This document shows positions 17,810-27,472 of a stretch of 64,000 nt of DNA, in pieces (the stretch's first letter is position 1; each line of letters starts with the position of its first letter). The notes beneath the pieces were generated by a model. It was not told where the DNA came from, did not search any database, and saw only the letters and a program-made list of their open reading frames with translations. Source of the DNA: Candidatus Acidiferrum sp. GTDB taxonomy: Bacteria; Methylomirabilota; Methylomirabilia; Rokubacteriales; CSP1-6. The DNA is taken from positions 775-64,774 of the forward strand of contig DASQAL010000072.1 of the NCBI GenBank assembly GCA_035635775.1. The letters run 5' to 3'. The position numbers and the translations under genes are program-made.

Positions 17810-19140
17810 CGACTAAGAAAGAGCTTAAAGATTCGGTGTGCCAGGCCATCGACCGGAACGCCGAGCGCATCATCGGGCTCGGCGAGCGCATCCGCCGCCA
17901 GCCCGAGCTCGGCTTCAAGGAGTTCAAGACCGCGCGGCTGGCCGAGGAGACGTTCGGCGAGCTCGGGCTCAAGCCGCGGAGCGGCCTCGCGCTCACCGGC
18001 GTGCGGGCCGAGGTCGCGGGGGTCAAGGACGGCCCGACCTTCGCGCTGCTGGGGGAGCTGGACGGCCTCGTGGTGGCGGGGCATCCGATCGCCGACCCCG
18101 AGACGGGCGCCGCCCACGCCTGCGGCCACAATGCCCAGATGGCGGGGCTCCTCGGCGCCGCCATGGGGCTCTGTGAGGCGCGGGCCTTCGAGCATCTGGC
18201 CGGCCGCGTGGTCTTCTTCGCGGTGCCCGCGGAAGAGTATGGCGATGTCGAGTGGCGCGTGCAGCAGGCGCGCGCGGGACGCCTCGAGTTCCTCGGCGGC
18301 AAGCCCGAGCTGCTGCGCCTCGGCCACTTCGACGACGTGGACCTCGCCATGATGATCCACACCACGTCGCAGCCCGACATGAAGAAGGCGGGCGTGGCCG
18401 CCTCCAACAACGGCTGCCTCGTGAAGACGGTGCGCTACATCGGCCGTGCCTCCCACGCGGGCGGCGCGCCCCACATGGGGGTCAACGCGCTCTACGCCGC
18501 CAACATCGGCCTCTCCGCGATCAACGCGATACGGGAGACCTTCCGCGACGAGGACTCCATCCGCGTGCACCCGATCATCACTCACGGCGGCAGCCAGGTG
18601 AACGTGATCCCGGGTGAGGTGCGTCTCGAGACCTATGTCCGCGGCAAGACGGTGGAGGCGATCCTCGAGGCCAACCGCCGCGTGGACCGCGCGCTGCGCG
18701 CCGGCGCTCTGGCGCTCGGAGCCCAGGTCGAGATCGAGACGCTGCCCGGGTACCTGCCGCTCTTCAACCACATGGGCATGGCGGAGCAGTTCAAGGCCAA
18801 CGCGGCGGCGCTCCTGGGCGCCGACCAGGTGACCGAGTCCGGCCACCGCAGCGGCTCGACCGACATGGGCGATATCTCCCACGTGATGCCGACGCTTCAT
18901 CCGTACATGGGCGGGGCGGTGGCCGGCGGGCACGGCGCTGACTACGCGATCGCGGATCCGAAGCTCGCCTACGTGGAGCCGGCCAAGCAGCTCGCGCTGA
19001 TGGCGGTGGACCTGCTCTGGGATGACGGGGGCGCCGCGCGTGACATCCTCAAGGCCTGGAAGCCGCGCATGACCAAGGAGGAGTACCTCACCTTCCAGCG
19101 CGGCATCTCCAAGACCGAGCTCTACGACGGTAGCAAGTAG
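17806..19140 (+). CDS. M20-family amidohydrolase (M20D / AbgB-like)
   Basis: ATG 17806 overlaps thiO TGA (ATGA); MTTKKELKDSVCQAIDRNAERIIGLGERIRRQPELGFKEFKT... and AHACGHNAQMAG metal-ligand motif. Confidence 0.75.
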   Translation: MTTKKELKDSVCQAIDRNAERIIGLGERIRRQPELGFKEFKTARLAEETFGELGLKPRSGLALTGVRAEVAGVKDGPTFALLGELDGLVVAGHPIADPETGAAHACGHNAQMAGLLGAAMGLCEARAFEHLAGRVVFFAVPAEEYGDVEWRVQQARAGRLEFLGGKPELLRLGHFDDVDLAMMIHTTSQPDMKKAGVAASNNGCLVKTVRYIGRASHAGGAPHMGVNALYAANIGLSAINAIRETFRDEDSIRVHPIITHGGSQVNVIPGEVRLETYVRGKTVEAILEANRRVDRALRAGALALGAQVEIETLPGYLPLFNHMGMAEQFKANAAALLGADQVTESGHRSGSTDMGDISHVMPTLHPYMGGAVAGGHGADYAIADPKLAYVEPAKQLALMAVDLLWDDGGAARDILKAWKPRMTKEEYLTFQRGISKTELYDGSK

Positions 19141-19149
19141 CGCTCATCT

Positions 19150-19184
19150 CCCTCTCCCCTCTGGGGAGAGGGCAGGGTGAGGGG
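19150..19184 (+). repeat. REP-like palindromic element, copy 3 of 3
   Basis: CCCTCTCCCC-TCT-GGGGAGAGGG-C-AGGGTGAGGGG; its 3' flank GAGG supplies the SD for ATG 19192. Confidence 0.85.
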
Positions 19185-19191
19185 AGGTCTC

Positions 19192-19998
19192 ATGTACGGC
19201 AAGTCCCCGGTCGAGTTCCCGCGCCGCATCGTCTGCCTGACCGCCGAGCACGTCGAGATCTGCTACGCGCTCGGCGCGGGCGACCGGGTGGTGGGCGTGC
19301 CCGGCACCGCGCGGCGGCCCGCGGAGGCGGCGGACAAGCCGCGCGTCGGCGGCTTCACGACCTTCCGCGTCGACCGGATCCTCGATCTCCAGCCGGATCT
19401 GATCCTGGCCTTCTCGGATCTGCAGGCCGACATGAGCGCGGAGCTGATCCGGGCCGGGCTGCCGGTGTTCTGCGCCAACCCGCGCTCGGTGGACGAGGTG
19501 ATGCAGACGATCCTCACGGTGGGCGGCCTGCTCGGCGCCGAGCCCGCGGCCCGCGCCCTCGTCCTCGACATGCGCGACGAGATCACCCAGGTGCGCGAGT
19601 TCTCACGGGTGTGGCCAGACCGGCCGCGGGTCTACTTCGAGGAGTGGCACGAGCCGCTCATCGCGGGCATCCGCTGGGTGTCGGAGCTGATCGAGCTGGC
19701 GGGCGGGCGCGACGTGTTCGCCGATCTCCGGGACCGGAAGAGCGCGCGCGATCGGGTGGTGGATCCCGACGAGGTCGTCCGGCGGGACCCGCAGGTCATC
19801 GTCGCGTCCTGGTGCGGCAAGCCGGCCGATCTCGACGCGATCGCGGCCCGCCCGGGCTGGGACCGGATCAGCGCGGTGCGCGGCCACCGCATCCACGAGA
19901 TGGACGGCGCCGACATCCTGAGCCCGGGCCCATCGCTGCTGATCGGGTTGAGGCGGCTCCACGAGCTGGTGCAGGAAGCCCTCGACGCGCGCGACTGA
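19192..19998 (+). CDS. cobalamin/siderophore-type periplasmic-binding-fold protein (BtuF-like) without a signal peptide
   Basis: ...RIVCLTAEHVEICYALGAGDRVVGV...DRILDLQPDLILAFS...DPQVIVASWCGKP...; N-terminus MYGKSPVEFPRR is not hydrophobic. Confidence 0.65.
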   Translation: MYGKSPVEFPRRIVCLTAEHVEICYALGAGDRVVGVPGTARRPAEAADKPRVGGFTTFRVDRILDLQPDLILAFSDLQADMSAELIRAGLPVFCANPRSVDEVMQTILTVGGLLGAEPAARALVLDMRDEITQVREFSRVWPDRPRVYFEEWHEPLIAGIRWVSELIELAGGRDVFADLRDRKSARDRVVDPDEVVRRDPQVIVASWCGKPADLDAIAARPGWDRISAVRGHRIHEMDGADILSPGPSLLIGLRRLHELVQEALDARD

Positions 19999-20155
19999 TC
20001 TCGACTCGCGCCTCAATCGCGTGCGGGCAAGACGTGGACACATCTGAGATAATCGAAACAGTCGCAGCCGACGCTTCATCACGTACTAAACATGGGGGTC
20101 CCTCCCGGAGCCGATGCTAGGATGAAGCCCCTTTGAGACCTCCAAGGAGACGGAA

Positions 20156-21592
20156 ATGCTAGCGCGCCCCGAGCGCTTTTTCGCGGACCGATTCGGTCTC
20201 AACGCGGGGACCATGGAGCGGCTGCTGGGCTCGACCCTGGCCGGCCGCGTGGACCACGCCGATCTCTTCCTCGAGTACCGGACCAGCGAGGAGCTGGTGC
20301 TGGAGGAGGGTGCGGTGAAGAAGGCGGCCCGGCACGTGAGCCAGGGGGCCGGCCTCCGGGCCCAGTCCGGCGAGCGCACCGGCTACGCGCACACCGACGA
20401 CCTGGCCTTACCGAATCTCGAGGAGGCGGCGCGCCAGGCGCGCGCGATTGCGGACCGCGCCTCGACCTCGGCGGTGGTGGCGGTGGGCGGAGACGGCCCG
20501 CCGCACGACCTCTACACGCTGGCCGAGCCCCCCACCGCGACCGATCTGGACCGCAAGATCAAGCTGCTGGGCCGGATGGACGCGGAGGCCCGCGGCCTCG
20601 ATCCGCGGGTGCGCCAGGTCATCGCCACCCTCGGCAGCGAGGAAGTGGTGGTCATGATCGCGACCCCGTCCGGCTGGACGGTCGGCGACGTGCGCCCGCT
20701 GACGCGGCTCAATATCACGGTGATCGTGGAGGACGGAGCCAAGCGCGAGATCGGCAGCTACGGCGGGGGCGGGCGGGTGGCCTTCGACTTCTTCCTCGAG
20801 CAGGACCGCTGGAAGCGCTTCACCGGCGAGGCGGTGCGCCAGGCCCTCATGAAGCTCGACGCGGTGGACGCGCCCGCGGGCGAGATGACGGTGGTGCTCG
20901 GACCCGGCTGGCCCGGTATCCTGCTCCACGAGGCGGTGGGTCACGGCCTCGAGGGCGACTTCAACCGCAAGAAGACCTCGGCGTTCTCGGGACGGCTCGG
21001 CCAGTCGGTGGCCTCGGAGCTGGTGACGGTGGTGGACGATGGCACGATCCAGAACCGCCGTGGCTCGCTCAACGTGGACGACGAGGGCGTGCCCACCCGC
21101 AGAAACGTGCTCATCGAGAAGGGCGTCCTGCGCGGCTATCTGCAAGACCGGCTCAACTCACGGCTCATGGGCATGGAGGTCACCGGCAACGGCCGGCGTG
21201 AGTCCTACGCGCATCCCCCGATGCCGCGCATGACCAATACCTTCATGCTCGCGGGAGAGGACGAGCCCGCCGACATCATCCGCGGCGTGTCCAAAGGCCT
21301 CTACGCGGTGAACTTCGGGGGCGGGCAGGTGGACATCACCAACGGCCGCTTCGTGTTCTCGGCGAGCGAGGCCTACCTGATCGAGGACGGCCGCGTGACC
21401 CGCCCGGTGAAGGGCGCGACCCTGATCGGCAACGGGCCGGAGGCGCTGACCCGGGTGAGCCGCGTCGGCCACGACCTCAAGCTCGACGAGGGCGTGGGCA
21501 CCTGCGGCAAGGATGGTCAATCGGTCCCGGTGGGCGTGGGCCTGCCCACGATCCGCATCGACCGGATGACGGTCGGCGGAACCCAGGTCTGA
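20156..21592 (+). CDS. tldD: metalloprotease TldD
   Basis: 478 aa; HEAVGHGLEGDF zinc motif, N-terminal ...ADLFLEYRTSEELVLEEG... Confidence 0.9.
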   Translation: MLARPERFFADRFGLNAGTMERLLGSTLAGRVDHADLFLEYRTSEELVLEEGAVKKAARHVSQGAGLRAQSGERTGYAHTDDLALPNLEEAARQARAIADRASTSAVVAVGGDGPPHDLYTLAEPPTATDLDRKIKLLGRMDAEARGLDPRVRQVIATLGSEEVVVMIATPSGWTVGDVRPLTRLNITVIVEDGAKREIGSYGGGGRVAFDFFLEQDRWKRFTGEAVRQALMKLDAVDAPAGEMTVVLGPGWPGILLHEAVGHGLEGDFNRKKTSAFSGRLGQSVASELVTVVDDGTIQNRRGSLNVDDEGVPTRRNVLIEKGVLRGYLQDRLNSRLMGMEVTGNGRRESYAHPPMPRMTNTFMLAGEDEPADIIRGVSKGLYAVNFGGGQVDITNGRFVFSASEAYLIEDGRVTRPVKGATLIGNGPEALTRVSRVGHDLKLDEGVGTCGKDGQSVPVGVGLPTIRIDRMTVGGTQV

Positions 21593-21597
21593 GGCGC

Positions 21598-22932
21598 ATG
21601 CAGGAGCTGCTCGCCGATCTTCTGCAGCAGGCCACGCGCCGGGGTGCGACATCCGCCGACGCCTTCGTGGTGGCGGACCAGTCGTTCTCGGCCCAGGTGC
21701 GCCTGGGCCAGGTGGACACCGTCAAGCACGCCCGCGAGCAGCACATGGCGCTGCGGGTCTTCGTGGGCAAGTCGGTGGCGGCCGCCTCCACGTCCGATCT
21801 CTCGCCCGAGTCGGTGGCGCGGCTGGTGGACGAGGCGGTGTCGCTGGCGCGGATCACGAGCCCGGACGAGCTGGGCGGCCTGCCCGAGGCCGCGGAGCTG
21901 GCGCGGCAGGTGCCCGACCTCGACCTGCACGATCCGCGCGGCCACGATCTGACCCCCGAGGAGAAGATCGAGCTGGCCCGCCGCTGCGAGGCGGCCGCGC
22001 TCGAAGCCGATCCCCGCATCACCAACTCGGAGGGCGGCGACTTCAGCGACCGGCGCGCGCGCTACGCCTACGCCACCAGTCACGGCTTCGCGGGCGAGTA
22101 CGAGACGTCCTCGTTCAGCCTCGCGGTCTCCCCGGTGGCGGCCGCGAACGGCGAGATGCAGCGCGACTCCTGGTACCACGTCACCCGCAAGCGGGCCCTC
22201 CTCGAGGCGCCGGAGGAGATCGGCCGCATCGCGGCGCGGCGCGCCGTGCGCCGGCTCGGGGCGCGGCGGGTGAAGACCGCGGAGGTGCCGGTGATCTTCG
22301 ACCCGGAGATGGCGGCCGGCCTCGTGCGGCACATCGCGGGCGCGGCCGCCGGCCCCGCGCTCTACCGGCGCGCCTCCTTCCTGGTGGGCAAGCTGGGCGA
22401 GCGCATCGCGGCACCGTCGGTGACCATCGTGGACGATGGCACCATCCCGGGCGCCCTCGGCTCGCGGCCGTTCGACGGCGAGGGGCTGCCGGTGCGCCGC
22501 ACGGTGGTCGTGGAGCAGGGCGTGCTGCGCTCCTACCTGCTCGACACCTACACCGGCCGGAAGCTCGGGCTGCCGTCCACCCATCACGCGGCCCGCGACG
22601 GCAGCGGGGTGAGCGTGTCCACCACCAATCTCCATCTCAAGGCGGGGGACCGGGATCCGGCGGATCTGATCCGGAGCGTGAAGAACGGCCTCTACGTCAC
22701 CGAGCTGATCGGCTTCGGGGTCAACGGGGTCACCGGGGACTACTCGCGCGGGGCGGCGGGCCTCTGGATCGAGAACGGCGAGCTGGCCTACCCGGTGGAG
22801 GAGATCACCATCGCGGGCAACCTGCTCGACATGTTTCACGCGGTGGAAGGCATCGGCAACGACCTGGTGTTCCGGGACCGCACGTCCGCCCCGACCCTGC
22901 TCATCGGCCGGATGACGGTGGCCGGCTCATGA
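21598..22932 (+). CDS. pmbA: TldD partner PmbA/TldE
   Basis: 444 aa PmbA_TldD-family protein lacking the HExxxH motif, directly downstream of tldD. Confidence 0.85.
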   Translation: MQELLADLLQQATRRGATSADAFVVADQSFSAQVRLGQVDTVKHAREQHMALRVFVGKSVAAASTSDLSPESVARLVDEAVSLARITSPDELGGLPEAAELARQVPDLDLHDPRGHDLTPEEKIELARRCEAAALEADPRITNSEGGDFSDRRARYAYATSHGFAGEYETSSFSLAVSPVAAANGEMQRDSWYHVTRKRALLEAPEEIGRIAARRAVRRLGARRVKTAEVPVIFDPEMAAGLVRHIAGAAAGPALYRRASFLVGKLGERIAAPSVTIVDDGTIPGALGSRPFDGEGLPVRRTVVVEQGVLRSYLLDTYTGRKLGLPSTHHAARDGSGVSVSTTNLHLKAGDRDPADLIRSVKNGLYVTELIGFGVNGVTGDYSRGAAGLWIENGELAYPVEEITIAGNLLDMFHAVEGIGNDLVFRDRTSAPTLLIGRMTVAGS

Positions 22933-23711
22933 TCATCGACAGCCACTGCCACCTGCACGACCCGGCCTTCGCGGACGTCCGCGGCACCATCATCCGCGCC
23001 ACCGAGCACAACGTGTGGGGCGCGGTGGCAGTCGGCTGCGATCTCGCCACCAACGAGCGCACGCTGCAGGCCGCCGCGGAGAACGGGAAGGCGGTGTGGC
23101 CGGCGCTGGGCTTCCATCCCGAGTGGACGCTCACCCGTGTGGACCTGGAAGCGGTGGAAGCGCAGATCCACGCGAACCACGCGCGGCTCGTCGCGATCGG
23201 CGAGGTGGGCCTGCCGTGGTACGGGCTCGGCGCGGCCGCCGACGCGGATGGGGTCCGCCGCGAGGCCCGCGAGCGCCTCGAGCGACTGACCGACCTGGCC
23301 TGCCGCTACGACCTGCCGGTCATCCTCCACGCGCCCCACGGGGCGGCGGCGGACGCGCTCGCGGTCCTCAAGCGGCGGGGCGTGGAGCGCGCGGTGTTCC
23401 ACTGGCACAAGGCCTCGGTGGAGGTGACCCGCGAGATCGTGGACGCGGGCTACCTCGTCTCGGTCACGCCGGACCTGGTCTACCGCGACCGCGACCGCGA
23501 GATGGTCGAGCGCGTGCCGATCGAGTCGCTGCTGGTCGAGAGTGACGCGCCGTGGCAGTACCAGGGCGAGTTCGAGAACGTCACCTCGGGGCCGTGGCTG
23601 GTCGCGCGCGTGGCGGAAGAAGTGGCGAAGATCAAGCGCCTGCCGGTGGACGAGGCGATGTACCAGCTCACCGTCAACACCTGCCGCGTCTTCGACATCG
23701 TCTGGGCGTGA
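22929..23711 (+). CDS. tatD: TatD-family metal-dependent hydrolase
   Basis: MIIDSHCHLHD..., GEVGLP..., ILHAP..., HWH..., ESDAPW metal-ligand series; ATGA overlap with pmbA. Confidence 0.85.
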   Translation: MIIDSHCHLHDPAFADVRGTIIRATEHNVWGAVAVGCDLATNERTLQAAAENGKAVWPALGFHPEWTLTRVDLEAVEAQIHANHARLVAIGEVGLPWYGLGAAADADGVRREARERLERLTDLACRYDLPVILHAPHGAAADALAVLKRRGVERAVFHWHKASVEVTREIVDAGYLVSVTPDLVYRDRDREMVERVPIESLLVESDAPWQYQGEFENVTSGPWLVARVAEEVAKIKRLPVDEAMYQLTVNTCRVFDIVWA

Positions 23712-24484
23712 GCGAGCATCGCTTCACGGTGGCAATCGGCGCCGGCCGGGTGGCCGGCGTGCTCCACCTGCCCGACGACCCCCGGCCAGGGCCAGAGCGC
23801 GGGCAAGTTCCGAGCCCTTGCGTGATCGCCTGTCACGGCATGGGCGCCTCCAAGGACAGCGACAAGTACCTGCTGCTCGGGCGCGAGCTGCCCGCGGCCG
23901 GGCTCGCCCTGGCGCGCTTCGACTTCCGGGGCAGCGGGGAGTCCGCCGGGCTCCAACGCGATGCCACCATCGAGACCCGGATCGAGGACCTGGAAGCGGT
24001 CCTGGGTCATCTCGCCGCGCAGCCGGGGCTCGACGGCCGCTTCGGGCTGCTGGGCTCGAGCCTCGGCGGCTACGTCGCCCTCTGGGCGGCGAGCCGCGTC
24101 GCGCCGGGCGCGCCGCGGCCGGTGGTGACCTGGAATACCCCCGCGGCGCTTCGCGAGCTGTCCCACGCCGATCCGGGCGAAGCGGGCGCGGCCCTGGTCG
24201 CCGAGGTCAGGCGCGGCGCCCGGGCCGAGGCGCCCGCCGGCGTCGGGCGCCTCCTCGTCATCCAGGCCGACCGCGACGAGGTGGTGCCGCCCGCGCATGG
24301 GCGCGCCCTCTTCGACCGCGCCCGCGACCCGAAGCGGCTGCACGTGATCGCGGGCGCCGATCACCGGCTCTCCGAGGCGGCTCACCGTCGGGAAGCTCTC
24401 GAGGAGAGCCGGCGCTGGCTGCTCGCTCATCTGCCCCTCGCGGCCCCGGCGGATCGGACCGCGCCGACAGGAAGGACCCGATGA
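23708..24484 (+). CDS. alpha/beta-fold hydrolase
   Basis: GTG 23708 overlaps tatD TGA (GTGA); ...VIACHGMGASKDS..., nucleophile elbow LLGSSLGG, C-terminal ...ADHRL. Confidence 0.7.
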   Translation: MSEHRFTVAIGAGRVAGVLHLPDDPRPGPERGQVPSPCVIACHGMGASKDSDKYLLLGRELPAAGLALARFDFRGSGESAGLQRDATIETRIEDLEAVLGHLAAQPGLDGRFGLLGSSLGGYVALWAASRVAPGAPRPVVTWNTPAALRELSHADPGEAGAALVAEVRRGARAEAPAGVGRLLVIQADRDEVVPPAHGRALFDRARDPKRLHVIAGADHRLSEAAHRREALEESRRWLLAHLPLAAPADRTAPTGRTR

Positions 24485-25626
24485 TCAACGCGGCGCGACT
24501 CAAGGACGAGTTCCTGGAACTGGTTTCCATTTCCAGTCCCTCGAGGCGCGAGGGCACGATCGCGCGGCGGCTCGAAGGCATTCTCAAGGGCATGGGCGCG
24601 AGCGTCGAGGTGGACGGGGCGGGAGAGAAGATCGGCGGCGACACCGGCAACCTGCTCGCGCGCTTCCCCGGCAACACGCCCGGCGCCGCGCCCTTCCTGC
24701 TCTCGGGCCACATGGACACGGTGGGGCCGGCCGAGGCCATCCACCCGGTGGTCGAGGGCGACGTGGTGCGCACGGACGGCACCAGCGTGCTGGGCGGCGA
24801 CGACAAGGCGGGGGTGGTGGCGATCCTGGAGGCGGTCCGCGTCCTCCGCGAGCGCCGCATCCCGCACGGCGATCTCGAGGTGGTGCTCACGATCTCCGAG
24901 GAATACGGGCTGCTGGGCGCCAAGAACTTCGACACCGGCCGCCTCCACGCGAAGCGGGGGCTGGTGCTGGACGTGGACGGCGTCTGCGAGCTGATCACGC
25001 GCGCGCCCGCGGCCAACCGCATGAGCTTCACCGTCCACGGCCTCGCCGCCCACGCGGGCATCTGCCCGGAGCAGGGGATGAGCGCGATCCGCATCGCGGC
25101 GGAGGCCATCGCGGCGATGAAGCTCGGCCGCCTGGACGCGGAGACGACCGCGAACCTCGGCATCATCCAGGGCGGTCTCGCCGGCAATATCGTGCCCGCC
25201 TCCGTGACGGTGCGGGGCGAGACGCGCAGCTTGAGCCTGGAGAAGCTCGAGGCTCAGACCGCGCACATGCGGCGCTGCTTCGACGAGGCGGCGGCCCGGC
25301 ACGGGGTGCGGGTGGGGGATCGCCAGTATCAGGCGCGCGTCGAGGCCCAGGTGGACCGCCAGTACAGCCGGCTCGACATCCGCGACGAGGCGGCGATCGT
25401 CCGCCTGGTGCAGTCGGCGGCCGGCGCGATGGGGCGGGCCTGCGCCACGCGCAGCACCGGGGGCGGCTCGGACGCCAATGTCTTCGTGGAGCGCGGCCTC
25501 GAGGTGGCCAATCTCGCCTGCGGCATGCGCGAGATCCACACCGTGAACGAGTGGGTGGACGTCCGCGATCTCGTGCTCACCGCCGGGCTCGTCGTCGAGA
25601 CGGTTCGCGCCAACGCAACGGTCTGA
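24481..25626 (+). CDS. M20/M42-type metallopeptidase (PepT / tripeptidase-like)
   Basis: ATG 24481 overlaps upstream TGA (ATGA); ...FLLSGHMDTVGP...GGDDKAGVVAILEA...ISEEYGLLGAK... Confidence 0.75.
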   Translation: MINAARLKDEFLELVSISSPSRREGTIARRLEGILKGMGASVEVDGAGEKIGGDTGNLLARFPGNTPGAAPFLLSGHMDTVGPAEAIHPVVEGDVVRTDGTSVLGGDDKAGVVAILEAVRVLRERRIPHGDLEVVLTISEEYGLLGAKNFDTGRLHAKRGLVLDVDGVCELITRAPAANRMSFTVHGLAAHAGICPEQGMSAIRIAAEAIAAMKLGRLDAETTANLGIIQGGLAGNIVPASVTVRGETRSLSLEKLEAQTAHMRRCFDEAAARHGVRVGDRQYQARVEAQVDRQYSRLDIRDEAAIVRLVQSAAGAMGRACATRSTGGGSDANVFVERGLEVANLACGMREIHTVNEWVDVRDLVLTAGLVVETVRANATV

Positions 25627-25689
25627 GCGACGCGCTCGCCTTCCGGTTGGCGTAAGATACCCGAGCGGATCTCACCCGGACGACACACG

Positions 25690-26484
25690 TTGACCGAGCG
25701 CATCGCCGATCTGACCCTCGAGCACGCCGCCCCCGCCGGACGGTCCCGCTCCCGCTCCGTGCTGTTCGTCCACGGCATGTGGGGCGGGAGCTGGTATCTC
25801 CGGAACTACCTCTACGCGGCCGCGCAGGCCGGCTGGGACGCCTGGGCGCTCAACCTCCGCGGGCACGGCGAGAGTCCGGCGCCGGGCGGGCTCGGGCACG
25901 TCGGCCTCGCCGACTACGTCGCCGACGTCCGGCGCTGCCTCGATCACCTCGGAGAGACGGTGCTCGTCGGACACTCGATGGGCGGGCTGATCGCCCAGAA
26001 GGCCGCCGCGGGCGGCGGGGTGGCGGCGGCGGTCTTTCTCACCAGCGCGCCCCCGCGCGGGATCAACGCGCTCGAGTGGCCGGTGCTCGCGCGCATGGCC
26101 CGCTACGTGCCGGCCATGCTCGCCGGCCGCGCCTTCACGGTGAGCCGCGCCCACGCCGACTTCCTGTTCCTCAACGGGCTCACGCCCGAGCAGCGGGACT
26201 GGGCCTTCCCGCGCTTCGGGGCGGAGTCGGGGCGCGCCGCCCGCGAGCTGGCCCTGGGCGGCCTCGCGGTGGACCCGCGCGCGGTCCGGTGTCCCACGCT
26301 GGTGGTGGGCGCCCTACACGACCGCATCACGCCCGCGGCGCTCCAGCGCCGGATCGCCGCGCGCTACCGCGCGGAGTACCAGGAGGCGGCCGGCCACGCC
26401 CACATGCTGATGCTGGAGGAGGGCTGGGAGCAGCCGTTCAAGGACATGCTGGCGTGGATGGAGCGCGCGCTCGATGAGCGCTAA
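25690..26484 (+). CDS. alpha/beta-fold hydrolase
   Basis: TTG start; ...VLFVHGMWGGSW...NLRGHGES...VGHSMGG (GxSxG)...AGHAHM. Confidence 0.7.
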   Translation: MTERIADLTLEHAAPAGRSRSRSVLFVHGMWGGSWYLRNYLYAAAQAGWDAWALNLRGHGESPAPGGLGHVGLADYVADVRRCLDHLGETVLVGHSMGGLIAQKAAAGGGVAAAVFLTSAPPRGINALEWPVLARMARYVPAMLAGRAFTVSRAHADFLFLNGLTPEQRDWAFPRFGAESGRAARELALGGLAVDPRAVRCPTLVVGALHDRITPAALQRRIAARYRAEYQEAAGHAHMLMLEEGWEQPFKDMLAWMERALDER

Positions 26485-27469
26485 GCTCGATTTGGGGTCC
26501 TCGCCGGCCGACCGGCCGACGATCCTGGTGGTCGAGGACGACGCGCACATCCGCGACGTCCTCTCCGGGCTGCTCGGCACGCTCGGCTACCGGATGCTCA
26601 TGGCCGCCTCGGCCGAGCAGGCGCTCGACGCCCTCAACGTGGTGAGCCCGGATTTGGTGCTCACCGACGTGCATCTCGGGGCCATGAGCGGCATCGAGCT
26701 CTGCGTCCGGCTCAAGGCCGATCCGCGCTACGAGCTGATGCCGGTGGTCATCTTGACCGCGGTGGGCGACCTGGAGGCGCGGGTGGCCGGGCTCGCGGCG
26801 GGGGCGGACGACTTCTTCACCAAGCCGGTGGCGTTCGTGGAGCTGCGGACCCGGCTGGGCGCCCTGTTGCGGGTCAGGCTGCTCCTGAGCCAGCTCGAGC
26901 GGGCCGAGGCGGTGATCACCACGCTGGCGCTCACCATCGAGGCGCGCGATCCGTACACCCTGGGCCACTGCGACCGGCTGTCGCGCTACGCGGTGGCGGT
27001 GGGCGAGGGGCTCGGGCTCGATCCGGAGATGGTGCGCTCGCTGCGCCTGGGCGGCTACCTCCACGACCTCGGCAAGATCGCGGTGCCCGACGGCATTCTG
27101 TTGAAGCCCGGCCCGCTCGATCCCATCGAGTACGAGCGCATTCGCGCGCATCCCGGCGCCGGCTCCGACCTGGTCCTGGGCCTGCGCAGCATGGAGCTGG
27201 TCCGTCCCATCATGCGCCACCATCACGAGAAGTGGGACGGGTCCGGCTACCCCGACGGCCTCAAGGGCGAGGCGATCCCGCTGGGCGCCCGCATCATCTC
27301 GGTGGTCGACGTCTTCGACGCGCTACACACCGAGCGGCCGTACAAGGCGGCGCTGTCCCGCTCGGAGGCCGTCTCCACGCTGATCCGCGAGACCGACCTC
27401 GGCTACTGGGACCCGCGCGTCGTCGAGACCTTCCTGGAAATCCTCCGCCACTTCAAGCACGACGCCTGA
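26474..27469 (+). CDS. response regulator with HD-GYP phosphodiesterase output domain (RpfG type)
   Basis: Receiver ILVVEDD...LVLTDVHLGAMSG...KP; HD-GYP: GYLHDLGK ... HHEKWDGSGYPDGL. Confidence 0.85.
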   Translation: MSAKLDLGSSPADRPTILVVEDDAHIRDVLSGLLGTLGYRMLMAASAEQALDALNVVSPDLVLTDVHLGAMSGIELCVRLKADPRYELMPVVILTAVGDLEARVAGLAAGADDFFTKPVAFVELRTRLGALLRVRLLLSQLERAEAVITTLALTIEARDPYTLGHCDRLSRYAVAVGEGLGLDPEMVRSLRLGGYLHDLGKIAVPDGILLKPGPLDPIEYERIRAHPGAGSDLVLGLRSMELVRPIMRHHHEKWDGSGYPDGLKGEAIPLGARIISVVDVFDALHTERPYKAALSRSEAVSTLIRETDLGYWDPRVVETFLEILRHFKHDA

Positions 27470-27472
27470 TCT

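Noticed and set aside
20092-20136. 14-codon ORF (MGVPPGADARMKPL) upstream of tldD as a possible TldD/PmbA substrate peptide
   Set aside because: It has no SD, no recognisable leader or core features, and is too short to evaluate. It is mentioned only as something to check for conservation.
23542-25626. 694 aa ORF implying a long N-terminal domain on the M20 peptidase. The same applies to 17530-19140, 29191-31491, 15246-16625, 10940-12628, 8493-10073, 41549-42685 and 36870-37853.
   Set aside because: In each case the family-typical N-terminus begins at an internal ATG/GTG, usually overlapping the upstream stop (ATGA/GTGA). The extension overlaps a better-supported gene in another frame.
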